Source: Eledone cirrhosa
Taxonomy: Eukaryota
Assembly: GCA_964016885.1 (NCBI GenBank)
Contig: OZ024755.1
Coordinates: 11,098,001-11,162,000 of the forward strand
Length of the DNA stretch: 64,000 nt
Direction of reading: 5' to 3'
The notes beneath the pieces were generated by a model, which was given only the letters and a program-made list of their open reading frames with translations, did not search any database and was not told the DNA's origin. The translations under genes were made by a program, and so were the position numbers. Positions 53,901 to 64,000 of this stretch are shown one piece after another; the first letter of the stretch is position 1, and each line of letters begins with the position of its first letter.

Positions 53901-55521
53901 GGAGGCTTCTCAAGTGCTTCAATGATAAGGGCCAAAGTCCTATCATGTTGACTTCCTGCTACAAGGTTGTATCTCAGGTGCTTTAATGATAGGGACCCAA
54001 GTCCTATCATGAAAATGCAATGTGAACTGAAGTATCTTGCTCAAGAACATAATGCCCTGTCCAAGTCCAGGAATCAAACCCATGGACCTTACCACTAGGC
54101 CAAACTGTTTTAATCAACAATGAAATCAGAAACAAAATATAGACTTACCGATTCTGAGGTTGGTTTGTGTTCCCAAATGGAGGTTGATTTGGCAGGGGCA
54201 AATTTATTTCAATATTCGGTCCCCAAGCAGGGTGGGGCAAGCCCGCAGTGGGCAAGAGGCCTCCTCCACCACCGCCACCACCAACCCCACTGCCGCCACC
54301 TCCACCTCCATAGGGCATGTCATAGCGGCCACCACCACCACCACCGCCGCCGACACCAGTACCTCCAGGGGCTCCACCACCACCGCCACCACTGTTTCCA
54401 CCACCAGCACCTCCACCACTTCCATCATCCCTAAAATGAGATTTTAAAAAATTGTTAACACCATTTCATTAATTCACAAAGTATTACAGCAATTTGAAAT
54501 TTGAAAATGTTTACTTTGTTTTGAAGATGCCACCATGCAACAAAAACTATAAATAATAGTTTAATATATCGAGTAAAATACCACTATAGAGATAGAAAAA
54601 GGTAGACAGAAACACATTCCTTTTCTTCAATTTCAAGGGTATTTTACACAACTTATTCAACTATTATTTGTAGGAATACATGATATCACAACACAAAAAG
54701 ATAAGATGAAGTGAAAAAACAAAAACTTTACTAACCAGTCTCTTCTCATCCTTTTCATATGAGGTGGACTAAGTTCATGTCGAGGAGGACTATAGCGGTC
54801 TCGCCTCCGTGAATCATAGTCTCGTCCATATAGGTCCCGTTTATTGCTGTCTCGGTTGCGGCTGCTCCACACATCACGAGATCTTGTTGAAGCACTCCGA
54901 GCTCTGAGAATAAGAGACAAAGGTATATTTCCTGTTAAAAATATTAATTAATAAATTACAAGACATTTACAATGACAACCATTGTATGAAGGGTAGAGGA
55001 GTGGACAGGGGCAAACAAGGGAGTTACAGAGGGGGAAATTGGGTGTATACTGGTAGGCGAGGACCTAAATGTTTTATCTATCTGCTTCACTGGATTTAAG
55101 GTAGGAGATGGGAAGAGGTGAGCATGAAGGACTCAGGACTACTATTACTAATAATAATTGTTTCTACTATTGGCACAAGGCCAGCAATTACCCAGTACAT
55201 TACTGGTACTTTATTTTATCGACCCCGTAAGGATGAAAGGCAAAGTTAACCTTGGCGGGATTTGAACTCAGAATGGCAAGGGCCGTAACTCTATGCGTCA
55301 AAGCATGACGTCCGACCCTCTACCGATACTGCCAATCCACAGCCCTTTACTATTACTAATAATAATGTTACGCTAGAGAGAAGAAATACAAGCTTCAAAA
55401 CTTACCGGTCATGGTCCCAGGAATCTCGTCTTCTCTCTTCTCTGCGATCGTAGTCATTTCTCTCGCGACGAAACTTGTCTCGTCCACGTCTTCTATCATA
55501 TTCATCATCACTGTCAGCCAT
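36210..55521 (-). CDS. SRRT: Serrate RNA effector molecule homolog (Ars2), complete spliced CDS span: 21 coding exons, 2958 nt, 985 aa
   Basis: Manually spliced GT-AG exons have consistent phases. Hallmark segments are N-term [71 protein letters not shown], zinc finger [25 protein letters not shown] and C-term [20 protein letters not shown]. Confidence 0.97.
36530..36865 (+). mobile_element. Family A SINE 5' part joined to an alternative ~175-bp 3' segment
   Basis: The segment tctggaagaaatctgctgtattcagacctggagag recurs inverted at ~43275-43435 and ~55645-55880. Confidence 0.65.
37140..37424. mobile_element. piggyBac-type MITE
   Basis: TTAA-CCCTTTAGCATT ... AATGCTAAAGGG-GTAA. Confidence 0.7.
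37472..37586 (-). CDS. SRRT: SRRT coding exon 20 ([23 protein letters not shown]..)
   Basis: tag| acceptor, |gtatgt donor, 115 nt. Confidence 0.88.
37830..38045. repeat. ~48-bp tandem repeat derived from a family B SINE body
   Basis: tgttttatcatggcaccagcactgccactatacagagtcaactgggag x~4.5. Confidence 0.85.
38149..38341 (-). CDS. SRRT: SRRT coding exon 19 ([18 protein letters not shown]..)
   Basis: aag| acceptor, |gtaagt donor, 193 nt. Confidence 0.94.
38699..39172. mobile_element. Three family A SINE pieces; two form a head-to-head inverted pair
   Basis: 38699-38794 (-), 38878-38993 (-), ~38996-39172 (+). Confidence 0.88.
39278..39431 (-). CDS. SRRT: SRRT coding exon 18, zinc finger ([35 protein letters not shown])
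   Basis: cag| acceptor, |gtgagt donor, 154 nt. Confidence 0.97.
39432..40216 (-). other. SRRT: U12-type (minor spliceosome) GT-AG intron of SRRT
   Basis: 5' splice site GTATCCTTT; branch point TTCCTTAAC (39454-39446) ending 14 nt before the 3' exon boundary; no polypyrimidine tract. Confidence 0.88.
40217..40325 (-). CDS. SRRT: SRRT coding exon 17 ([19 protein letters not shown])
   Basis: ttcag| acceptor, |GTATCCTT (U12-type) donor, 109 nt. Confidence 0.92.
41043..41193 (-). CDS. SRRT: SRRT coding exon 16 ([30 protein letters not shown])
   Basis: ttttag| acceptor, |gtatgt donor, 151 nt. Confidence 0.96.
41525..41610 (-). CDS. SRRT: SRRT coding exon 15 ([17 protein letters not shown])
   Basis: ttttag| acceptor, |gtgagt donor, 86 nt. 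Confidence 0.9.
41702..41903. mobile_element. piggyBac-type MITE
   Basis: TTAA-CCCTCTAGCAT ... ATGCTAAAGGG-TTAA; a similar copy lies at ~58727-58905. Confidence 0.75.
42075..42165 (-). CDS. SRRT: SRRT coding exon 14 ([30 protein letters not shown])
   Basis: cag| acceptor, |gtaagt donor, 91 nt. Confidence 0.94.
42752..42943 (-). CDS. SRRT: SRRT coding exon 13 ([23 protein letters not shown])
   Basis: ttttttag| acceptor, |gtactc donor, 192 nt. Confidence 0.94.
42917..43205. repeat. ~60-bp tandem repeat x5 spanning an SRRT 3' splice site
   Basis: cctagttcacagtcacg repeats five times; the first copy is real exon sequence. Confidence 0.93.
43521..43661 (-). CDS. SRRT: SRRT coding exon 12 ([22 protein letters not shown])
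   Basis: tttcag| acceptor, |gtaagt donor, 141 nt. Confidence 0.96.
43956..44002 (-). ncRNA. Minimal type I hammerhead motif in an SRRT intron (sense orientation)
   Basis: ttatcct-CTGATGA-ggacacaaagatgcct-GAAA-tgcg-TA-aggataa: perfect 7-bp stem I, imperfect stem II, near-palindromic minimal stem III. Confidence 0.65.
44167..44312 (-). CDS. SRRT: SRRT coding exon 11 (..[26 protein letters not shown])
   Basis: tag| acceptor, |gtgagt donor, 146 nt; start of the RRM. Confidence 0.94.
44460..44575. repeat. ~25-bp tandem repeat at the end of a TTAA-type MITE remnant
   Basis: ggttttgtttcatagaaccaggg x4. Confidence 0.8.
44899..45045 (-). CDS. SRRT: SRRT coding exon 10, acidic linker
   Basis: tag| acceptor, |gtaggt donor, 147 nt, phase 1-1. 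Confidence 0.85.
45747..45861 (-). CDS. SRRT: SRRT coding exon 9 ([30 protein letters not shown]..)
   Basis: tttttcag| acceptor, |gtcagt donor, 115 nt; basic cluster followed by SESES as in Ars2. Confidence 0.88.
46475..46585 (-). CDS. SRRT: SRRT coding exon 8, charged linker ([14 protein letters not shown])
   Basis: cag| acceptor, |gtaagt donor, 111 nt; phase 0-0, so it could be skipped in frame. Confidence 0.8.
47047..47146 (-). CDS. SRRT: SRRT coding exon 7, charged linker ([13 protein letters not shown])
   Basis: tttcag| acceptor, |gtaagt donor, 100 nt; needed for phase continuity (2 to 0). Confidence 0.85.
47780..47906 (-). CDS. SRRT: SRRT coding exon 6 ([17 protein letters not shown]..)
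   Basis: tag| acceptor, |gtaagt donor, 127 nt. Confidence 0.93.
48032..48201 (-). CDS. SRRT: SRRT coding exon 5 ([16 protein letters not shown])
   Basis: cag| acceptor, |gtgagt donor, 170 nt. Confidence 0.95.
49272..49544. mobile_element. piggyBac-type MITE, second family
   Basis: TTAA-CTTTTAACATCCTGTA ... TACAGGATGTTAAGAG-TTAA; the right end is duplicated. A related copy at ~27400-27750 has an internal tandem duplication. Confidence 0.7.
49870..50690. mobile_element. Cluster of degenerate family A SINEs (plus-strand heads, then minus-strand copies)
   Basis: Repeated ctgagttcaaa B-boxes and ggcagtggattggcag heads; minus-strand ggcacaaggccag..gatgaaag..atttgaa. Confidence 0.7.
53449..53622 (-). 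CDS. SRRT: SRRT coding exon 4 ([28 protein letters not shown])
   Basis: cag| acceptor, |gtgggt donor, 174 nt; conserved Ars2 sequence. Confidence 0.95.
54149..54430 (-). CDS. SRRT: SRRT coding exon 3, glycine-rich ([22 protein letters not shown])
   Basis: ttttag| acceptor, |gtaagt donor, 282 nt, phase 2-2. Confidence 0.92.
54736..54903 (-). CDS. SRRT: SRRT coding exon 2 (..[25 protein letters not shown])
   Basis: cag| acceptor, |gttagt donor, 168 nt, phase 2-2. Confidence 0.93.
55159..55347 (-). mobile_element. tRNA-derived SINE (family A) with 19-bp target-site duplication
   Basis: TACTATTACTAATAATAAT at both 55140-55158 and 55348-55366. Confidence 0.9.
55406..55521 (-). CDS. SRRT: SRRT coding exon 1 ([38 protein letters not shown])
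   Basis: ATG at 55521-55519, acceptor tag| just before 55527, donor |gtaag; 116 nt. Confidence 0.95.
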
Positions 55522-56423
55522 CAGGAACTATTTCAAAAAATAACAATAATAATAATTGTTTCTACATTCAGCGCAAGGCCAGCAATTTGAAAGGAAAGCA
55601 AAAATTTGATTAAATCAACCCCCAGTGCAATATGTATGTATGGTCTTGTAACTCTTGATAGAGTCATAGGGGTGCTGTATTGACATACAGCATTTCTTGG
55701 GCATTTTAAGCAAGGCGGAGCTCATCCCTCTCCAGGTCTGAGTACAGCAGATTTCTTCCAGAGAAAGATAGAAAGTGAGAGAGAGGAAATGAGAAAGAGA
55801 TATAGAGAAAGAATCGACCCCAGTATTAGACTGGTACTTTTTTTAGTGACCTCAAAAGAATGAAAGGCAAAGATGACCTCACCAGTGCATTACTGGTACT
55901 TTATTTCATCAACCACTGCTAGACAGACAGACTAGCTTCTTTATGAACATACTGCTTGCAATTTTCTCCAGAAATACAACTAAACTTCAATGTATTTCGA
56001 GGGCACAAATAGAATATTACAGAACCCGAGACAAGGTTAACAGTCTATATTTTAACCCTTTAGTATTTACATTACTCTATTAGTCGACAATAATCAGAAA
56101 AGGATGATTTTGGAGACATTGCAGAACACATGTAGACTATAAGATTTAGAAATATGACCTACCCCATAGTCATGTGTCCTATATTAAACCAGTTGTTACT
56201 ATATTTCTAACAAAAGACACGGTCTATGATTTTCAAAAATGATAATTGTATTAAAAGTTACTGTTTCAATATAATGAGAGTTGTTCATAGCCTCCTTTGT
56301 TACAGAGCTTCATGGTTCATTTAGAAAGTCAACAATGTGTTGGTTTCAATGAGGAAACTTAACATTCAACCACCAAGCCTACAAAGCTCTAATAAGTGAC
56401 CTACTACAAGTAAAATAGTGTAT

Positions 56424-56690
56424 CATCATCATCATCATCATCACCGTTTTACGTCCGTTCTTCCACGCTAGCATGGGTTAGACGGGTTGTCCTGTTGTGG
56501 GCAGTGTCTGGTCGGCTGACCATGCCTTGCTCATACAGGAACTGATCTGGCTTGATTTCTACAGCTGGATGCCCTTCCTAACACCAACCTCATTTACAGT
56601 GAGTGCTGGGTGCTTTTTCGTGGCGCCTACACGTCCACTTTACAGTGTGGGCTGGGTGCTTTTTTGCCGTGGCACCTCCACGACCACCTT
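56424..56690 (-). mobile_element. Family B SINE 3' part with (GAT)n tail
   Basis: Reverse complement of 57390-57503; (CAT)n run at 56424. Confidence 0.7.
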
Positions 56691-56804
56691 GCGGTGGGGG
56701 GGGGGGGGGGGGGGGGGGCATATCGTTTATATGCTTCAGCATGTACCCATGGGAGGTCGGGTACCCTGTATTACTGCGTGACGCCAGTATATATATATAT
56801 ATAT

Positions 56805-56835
<31 letters not shown>

Positions 56836-56949
56836 CACACACATATATATATACACACACACACACATATATATATACACACACACATATATATATATAT
56901 ATACACACATATAATAAGCTATAAGTGACCTACTACAAGTAAAATAGTG

Positions 56950-56981
<32 letters not shown>

Positions 56982-57114
56982 TATACACATATATATTTAT
57001 ACACACACATATATATATACACATATATATATATACACACACACATATATACACATATATATATATACACACACACATATATATACACATATATATATAT
57101 ATATACACACACAC

Positions 57115-57148
<34 letters not shown>

Positions 57149-57149
57149 T

Positions 57150-57217
<68 letters not shown>

Positions 57218-57218
57218 T

Positions 57219-57547
57219 GGAGGCACATGGCTTAGTGGTTAGAGCATTGGCCTTGCAATCGAAAGGTTGTGAGTTCAATTCTCAAACCGGGTGATGTGCT
57301 GTTTCCTTGAGCAAAACACTTTATTTCACATTGCTCCAGTTTACTCAGCTGTAGAAATGAGGTGATAGGGACTGGTGTCCATATCATTCCACTGCAAAGT
57401 GGTCGTGCAGGTGCCACGGCAAAAAAGCTCCCAGCACTCACTGTAAATGAGGTTGGTGTTAGGAAGGGCATCCAGCTGTAGAAATCAAGCCAGAATCAGT
57501 TCCCGTCCCACCCTTGCAAGCAGGGAAAAAGCGGACGTAAAAATGAA
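57219..57547 (+). mobile_element. tRNA-derived CORE-type SINE (family B)
   Basis: Head tggcttagtggttag..gagttcaattc; CORE-like ccttgagcaaaacactttatttcacattgctccag; tail ggacgtaaaaatga. Related minus-strand pieces lie near 33890-33985, 34750-34850, 35620-35725, 42500-42590 and 54010-54105. Confidence 0.7.
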
Positions 57548-57686
57548 ATGAAAAAACTATATATATAAATACATCCCTTGTTGGCAGGGAAAGCAGACGT
57601 CAAAATGACAATGATGCTGATGATATATATATATATATATTTCATCCCACCCTTGCAAGCAGGGAAAAGCGGACGTAAAATGATGA

Positions 57687-57745
<59 letters not shown>

Positions 57746-57817
57746 CAAAGGGTTCAATATATAATATATAATAGAATAAATATAGTTTCCATTTATTAAT
57801 ATCATTGATATATATAC

Positions 57818-57852
<35 letters not shown>

Positions 57853-58992
57853 GTTCAAGCATGAAAATGCAAACATAAAATCGATGATGATATGTATATA
57901 TAATTCATTAGTATACAGTGATACAATCCTTGCTATCAGGTAAAGAAGACGTTAAAACAATGATTATATATATAGATAGATATAATTCATTACTATACAG
58001 TGATACAATGACAGTACTGTAGCTAATTAGTTTACAATGTTGAATTCCATTATTGTCTGACATTTCTAAAGCATGTAATAACAGTCAATGGAATGGACCT
58101 CCATCAGTAACAATGATGAGTGTTCCAGTTGTTTGATCAATGGAACAGCATTTTGGTGAAGCGGCTGAGCATACCCTTAAAGTATCCTTTATGATGTAAC
58201 TCTTAGGGAAACTCAACTTGAAACTGTGTGTGACAAAGCTGGGCCTTTGAATTACAGGTACAGTTCATTTTGTATTACAGTAAAAGTGGTTGCGTAATCC
58301 CAATACCTGCGCCATTAATCTAATTCTCTGGGAAGATTCAACATGACAAAATGAATTACATGTACAGTCCATCTGATGGGCTTCCAAATAGTCCTCATCA
58401 ACCCAATTTCACCTACAAGACTTGGCTCAATCCAAGGCTGGCTATGCTAAAGACACTTGTCCAAAATTCCATGAAGTGAAACATTTTAACCATTCATTAT
58501 ACTGTGCCCACAATAAGTCAATAATAGTTTAGGCTGTGTAGTTAAAAAGTTCATTTTATAAACAAATGATCCCAGAATCAATCCCATAGTATAAGTGTAC
58601 TCTACCATAAGCTTGGGTAGACGGAAATTGCGTTGAAGTCCATTATATATGTACACACAAAAACATGTGTGCATGTGTATATTTTCCAGCAATGTAAATC
58701 AACAAAAGGAATAACAATTGAGTACTTTAAACCCTTTAGCAGTTACATTACTCTATATTTACTATTGTATATTCATGGTAAAGGCTTTATCTCACATAAT
58801 ATTAAATCTATGAGATTATGATGTTTATTTTGAGAACAATACCTTAACATCAGTTTGAACAGAAAGAGGTGAGAGTTTTGGCTGGATACAGCCGGTTTAA
58901 ATGCTCAATCCATGGTCATTTTAACCGTGTTCATACCAAACCGCCCACTTCTCTGATACAGAACTTACTTTAAACTATTTATATTTATCTAA

Positions 58993-59222
58993 AAGGGTGG
59001 TGGAATTGTCAGAATTGCTACAACATCAGAGAAAGTATAACTGCAGTATTTTTTCTGGCTCTTTATGTTCTGAGTTCAAATCCCATCAAGTTCGACTTGG
59101 TTGTCATCCTTCTAGGATCAATAAAATAAAGTACCAACCAACTACTGGGGTTGATCTAATCAACATTGCCCTTCACCCCAAATTTGCTGGCTTTGAGTAG
59201 AAATTAAAAATTATTATTATTA
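58993..59222 (+). mobile_element. Family A SINE, diverged
   Basis: aagggtggtggaattg head, ctgagttcaaatccc, aataaaataaagtacc, (ATT)n tail. Confidence 0.75.
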
Positions 59223-59570
59223 CTGATGAAAGACTACCCTTCTGTCAATCCGTTTTATCTGCAGACAAAACCATCAACCAATCTAACTGATGTCTCTCCC
59301 GCTCTATCTTTTGTTCTGTAGCTATTAGTAATTAATATACAATGGAAGCCGCTTATTGTGATCATTTTTAGGATGGAAATATTTAGATTGCAATAAACGA
59401 CTAAGGAAATTGTTTCTTAATTGAACTGATTTATTTATAAATACAAACAAATAGGCGAAATACCAGAGTAACAGGACATTAACAGGACTTTTTATACAGA
59501 CACACACACATAAGATAGAATGCCCAACGGTCAAGCTTAACCGTGCTTCGATGGCAAAATGGGGAAGACG

Positions 59571-59603
<33 letters not shown>

Positions 59604-59604
59604 A

Positions 59605-59684
59605 CAGGGTGTCTAAAAAAATGTATATATACTTCAATTAGAATGCTGTTGAAGTGTGTATACATTTTTTGTGGACAACATGTA
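59605..59684. mobile_element. ~80-bp Tc1/mariner-type MITE
   Basis: CAGGGTGTCTAAAAAAATGTATA ... TATACATTTTTTGTGGACAACATG; homologous to 14732-14812. Confidence 0.65.
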
Positions 59685-59812
59685 TGTATATATATATATC
59701 ATCGTTTTAAATCCACTTTTCCATGCTTATATATATATATGAATATATATAAATATATGCAGGCATAAAATATAATATGAATATATATAAATAGATACGC
59801 AATACGTTATAC

Positions 59813-59853
<41 letters not shown>

Positions 59854-60939
59854 TATGTAAAAATGAATCGAATTGATTAAGGGAAAATTTCTGAAACTAG
59901 ATCCACTGTCAATAATGATACTCAAGACTGATAACATTAAGCGGAGGTTTTAGGATATAACAATATCGTATGGTTGTCTGGGGAGCTACTGATTTCGATA
60001 ACAATAATCGTTTAATACATATATTATTGATGATTATAATAAGCGGCTTCAAAATTCAGTTTATCCTCAATCTCTAATCTTCGCTGCGCCTTTGTTTCGC
60101 TTTTGTAACTGATAAAAGACTATTTCTAGGATTTCGGCGAGATTGTTTCATTATAGAATATCAACTTTTGTCTACTACAAGTTAAAATGAATTTAAAATA
60201 TAATTCCTTATATGCCTTGTATTTCGTTTTAGGCATTGCAATTCAGGCCATACTGGAGCAACGGCTTTCTTTCAATTTCTCACATTGAAACATACATTTC
60301 ATTCTTACTCTTTCTATCATCGATACTTATTTTTAAGATCACAAACAACTTCCAATAATTTCCGTAATCTACACACTGGAAAATGTATATACCTACATAT
60401 ATATTTCATTTTTTTTTTATTTTTATTATCAAACCCGTCTCCGAGAAATAGCTGGTTCCATTTACGGCTACAAAACCGTTTGCTGATGCAAAAACAAGTT
60501 AATCTGTTAATATAATTCTCAACTTCCACACTATTTCCCTCCAGCTGACTTTATTTCCTTTCAAATATTTCTTAGTGATGCATATTTTACAGAGATACAT
60601 TTTCGGAAGATGAACACTTATATATATATATATATGTATATAAAAACAAATAATAGATCACCAATATACATATTTTGTAATTATTTTTTTTTTCTCATAG
60701 AAATTACCAGAAGTTTCCTGTGATCTTCAAACGAAGGATTACTCTATGTGTCTATCCTTTTCTTGGCTAGTCTAAATGTTATATATTTAGTGACAAATAT
60801 ATACTACAAAACCACAGAAAACAAGTAACAAAAATATCAATACTACTTTAATTACAAATACCTCGATAAAAAATACCTTATAACAACCACAATGTAATAA
60901 AAGTATAATATTTAAATCTAAAAACGTATAAAGACTTAC

Positions 60940-61070
60940 TGTAGATTGGATATGAAAATCCGTTTGAAAGAAATTTCTAACGAATCACACAAATGAGAAT
61001 AGCGGAAGTATATAGACTAGACTTTAATCTTGACTGCTGAACGATCCTTTTGGTGCATAACACCGGAAAT
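60940..61070 (-). promoter_or_regulatory. SRRT: Putative SRRT core promoter and non-coding exon 1
   Basis: GTAAGT donor at 60939-60934; ETS-type motifs GCGGAAGT (61002-61009) and CCGGAAAT (61063-61070); CpG appears locally retained. The ATG exon has an acceptor 6 nt upstream of the ATG, which suggests an upstream exon. Confidence 0.55.
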
Positions 61071-61209
61071 ACAACTTTAAAAATCAATAAATGTCAAAGA
61101 AATTGTTATATATTATATATATATAGGGCAAATAAAGAAAGGACTCTTTCTATATATATATATATTAATATATATATACACTTTCCAAGCAGCACCTCAG
61201 TATTTATCT

Positions 61210-64000
61210 ACCTTTCACACACTCTCATCCACCTCTCTGTCTCTGTCTATACATCTGACCCCCTCATACCACCATACTACCAACAAAAAAACCACTCTCA
61301 CCTCAACTCACCTCTTCTCCGTTATCTCTCCTGCAATAAAATTGCGGGTGTGCAGAATCAAATCAATTTTACAGTCCAGGGGGAAGTAATTGTGTAAGCT
61401 TACCCCCTCCTACCACCATACTATCTTGTTTCTGTCTCTCTCACCAATCAAACGTAAACACTCTCACCTCAACTCATCTCAAAATAAATATATAAACAAA
61501 CGGAAAGACACCAAGTCCCCACATAGGCGCTCTACCAAGTAAAAATATCTCGAACAAAATAATTTAATTAATAAAACACGACAATAAAGCATCAATGTAT
61601 TCACCATAATTACATTCACAACTTTATAATAAAACATTGATAAGGAAAAATAACGAAGTAAATTTTAAAAGAAATTCTAAACTTCGTTGAATTCCGTTAA
61701 AAGTATTCGTGTTGTCTTGACAGACGACATGTGTTTGTGTGTATATATATATATAAAAATATACATGTAAACATGTGTATGTATTTATGTATGCATGTAT
61801 GTATATAAATTATTGTCTTATTTAGATAAATATTTTTCTAATATCGTGTTTAATATTTCATATTGTGTCGTCTGGTTTTCTTCCATTTACTCACATAACT
61901 CTCAACTGACTCCGCTTCATTTACTTAGTCTTACACACTGTCTCTCTCTCTCTTTTTTCTTTCCCCTCTCACGAGGCCTCAGCTTTCTCTCTCTTTTTAC
62001 CAGTCCCTTCTCTAACGTAGCTTTCTCTCTCTCTCTTTGTCCCTTCTTCTTTCCCTCTCTCTGTCTTATCATCAATTCAGTCAACATCCCCCTCTATCTA
62101 TCTGCCTCTCTCTCTCTGCAGCTCCTCTGTATTTCTCTGCCTTTCTCTTACTCTCATCCCCCTCACTATCCGTCTTTACATCTGACCACCCTCATACTAC
62201 CACACTATCTCATTTCTCTCATTCACCTCTTCTCCATTCTCTCTCGTGGAATAAGATTGCGGGTGTGCGGAATCAAATCAATTTTACAGTCCAGGGGGAA
62301 GTAATTGTGTAAGCATACCCCCTCCTACCACCATACTATCTTGTTTCTGTCTCTCTCACCAATCAAACGTAAACACTCTCACCTCAACTCCTCTCCGAAA
62401 TAAATATATAAACAAACGGAAAGACACCAAGTCCCCACATAGGCGCTCTGCCAAGTAAAAATATCTCGAACAAAATAATTTAATTAATAAAACACGACAA
62501 TAAAACATCAATGTATTCGCCATAATTACATTCACAAATTTATAAAAAAACATTGATAAGGAAAAATAACGAAGTCAATTTTAAAAGAAATTCTAAACTT
62601 CGTTGAATTCCGTTAAAAGTATTCGTGTTGTCTTGACAGACGACATGTGTGTGTGTGTATATATATATAAATATACATTTAAACATGTGTATGTATTTAT
62701 GTATGCATGTATGTATATCAATTATTGACTTATTTAGATAAATAGTTTTCTAATATCGTGTTTAATATTTCATATTGTGTCTTCTGGTTTTCTTCCATTT
62801 AATCACAACTCTAAACTGACACCCTTTCATTTACTTACTGTCTTACACACTCTCTCTCTCTCTCTTTTCTTTCCCCTCTCACGAGGCCTCAGCTTTCTCT
62901 CTCTTTTTACCAGTCCCTTCTCTAACGTAGCTTTCTCTCTCTCCTTGTCCCTTCTTCTTTCCCTCTCTCTGCCTTACCATCCATTCAGTCAACATCCCCC
63001 TCTATCTATCTGCCTCTCTCTCTCTCTGCAGCTCCTCTGTATTTCACTGTCTTTCTCTTACTTTCATCCTCCTCGCTATCCGTCTTTACATCTGACCCTC
63101 TCATACCACTACACTATCTCCTTTCTCCCTCTCTCTCTCACCTGGAATAAAATTGCGGGTGTGCAGAATCAAATCAATTTTACAGTCCAGGGGGAAGTAA
63201 TTCTGTAAGCATACCCCTCCTACCACCATACTATCTTGTTTCTGTCTCTCTCACCAATCAAACGTAAACACTCTCACCTCAACTCCTCTCCGAAATAAAT
63301 ATATAAACAAACGGAAAGACACCAAGTCCCCACATAGGCGCTCTACCAAGTAAAAATATCTCGAACAAAATAATTTAATTAATAAAACACGACAATAAAG
63401 CATCAATGTATTCACCATAATTACATTCACAACGTTATAATAAAACATTGATAAGGAAAAATAACGAAGTAAATTTTTAAAGAAATTCTAAACTTCGTTG
63501 AAATCCGTTAAAAGTATTCGTGTTGTCTTGACAGACGATATGTGTCTGTGTGTATATATAAATATACATGTAAACATGTGTATGTATTTATGTATGCATG
63601 TATGTATATAAATTATTGTCTTATTTAGATAAATATTTTTCTTATATCGTGTTTAATATTTCATATTGTGTCGTCTGGTTTTCTAACATTTAATCACATA
63701 ACTCTCATTTGACTCCCCTTCATCTACTTACAGTCTTACATACTCTCTCTCTCTCTCTCTCTCTCTTTTTACCAGTCCCTTCTCTAACGTAGCTTTCTCT
63801 CTCTCTCTTTGTCCCTTCTTCTTTCCCTCTCTCTGCCTTACCATCCATTCAGTCAACATCCCCCTCTATCTATCTGCCTCTCTCTCTCTGCAGTTCCTCT
63901 GTATTTCTCTGCCTTTCTCTTACTCTCATCCCCCTCACTATCCGTCTTACATCTGACCACCCTCATACTACCACACTATCTCATTTCTCTCTTTCACCTC
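61210..64000. repeat. ~900-bp tandem repeat array (about 3 units, runs off the window end)
   Basis: Anchor attgcgggtgtgc occurs at 61341, 62256 and 63152 (periods 915 and 896); units are highly similar and differ mainly in CT/TA tracts. Confidence 0.95.

Noticed and set aside
54120-54447. His-rich and Thr-rich plus-strand ORFs
   Set aside because: They are antisense shadows of the Gly-rich SRRT exon.
62292-62463. U1 snRNA-like ends on the minus strand of the tandem unit (AUUUUUACUUGGCAG ... GUGGUAGGAGGGGG..UUCCCCCUG, ~170 nt apart)
   Set aside because: The 5' splice-site-pairing sequence is mismatched and there is no U1-70K loop, U1A loop or Sm site. The middle is unrelated and the inner stem is broken in two of three copies. 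An Rfam search would settle it.
62356-63448. 65-aa ORF repeated in the tandem units
   Set aside because: Its conservation is explained by unit identity, and it has no recognisable domain.

Overview
This is AT-rich eukaryotic DNA saturated with microsatellites. The repeat landscape suggests an octopus/cephalopod genome, which is my inference and was not searched. The one supportable protein-coding gene is SRRT/Ars2 (serrate RNA effector) on the minus strand: 21 phase-consistent coding exons, ATG 55521 to TAA 36210, 2958 nt, 985 aa. A probable non-coding exon 1/promoter lies near 60940-61070 and a poly(A) signal near 34075-34086. Almost all other ORF-track entries are microsatellite or antisense artefacts. 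The rest of the window is tRNA-derived SINEs, R4/Dong-like retrotransposon 3' ends in (TAA)n, piggyBac- and Tc1-type MITEs, minisatellites, and a ~900-bp tandem array from ~61.2 kb to the window end. The main discovery candidate is a set of non-coding, (TA)n-embedded, Penelope/retrozyme-like elements with inverted duplications and hammerhead ribozymes. It includes two complete type I hammerheads facing each other at 32.5 and 32.9 kb and a minimal one in sense orientation inside an SRRT intron. SRRT also shows a U12-type intron, a five-fold tandem duplication of one 3' splice site, a candidate poison exon in intron 5, a possible 3'-UTR intron and inverted SINE pairs. All alignments and folds were done by eye.
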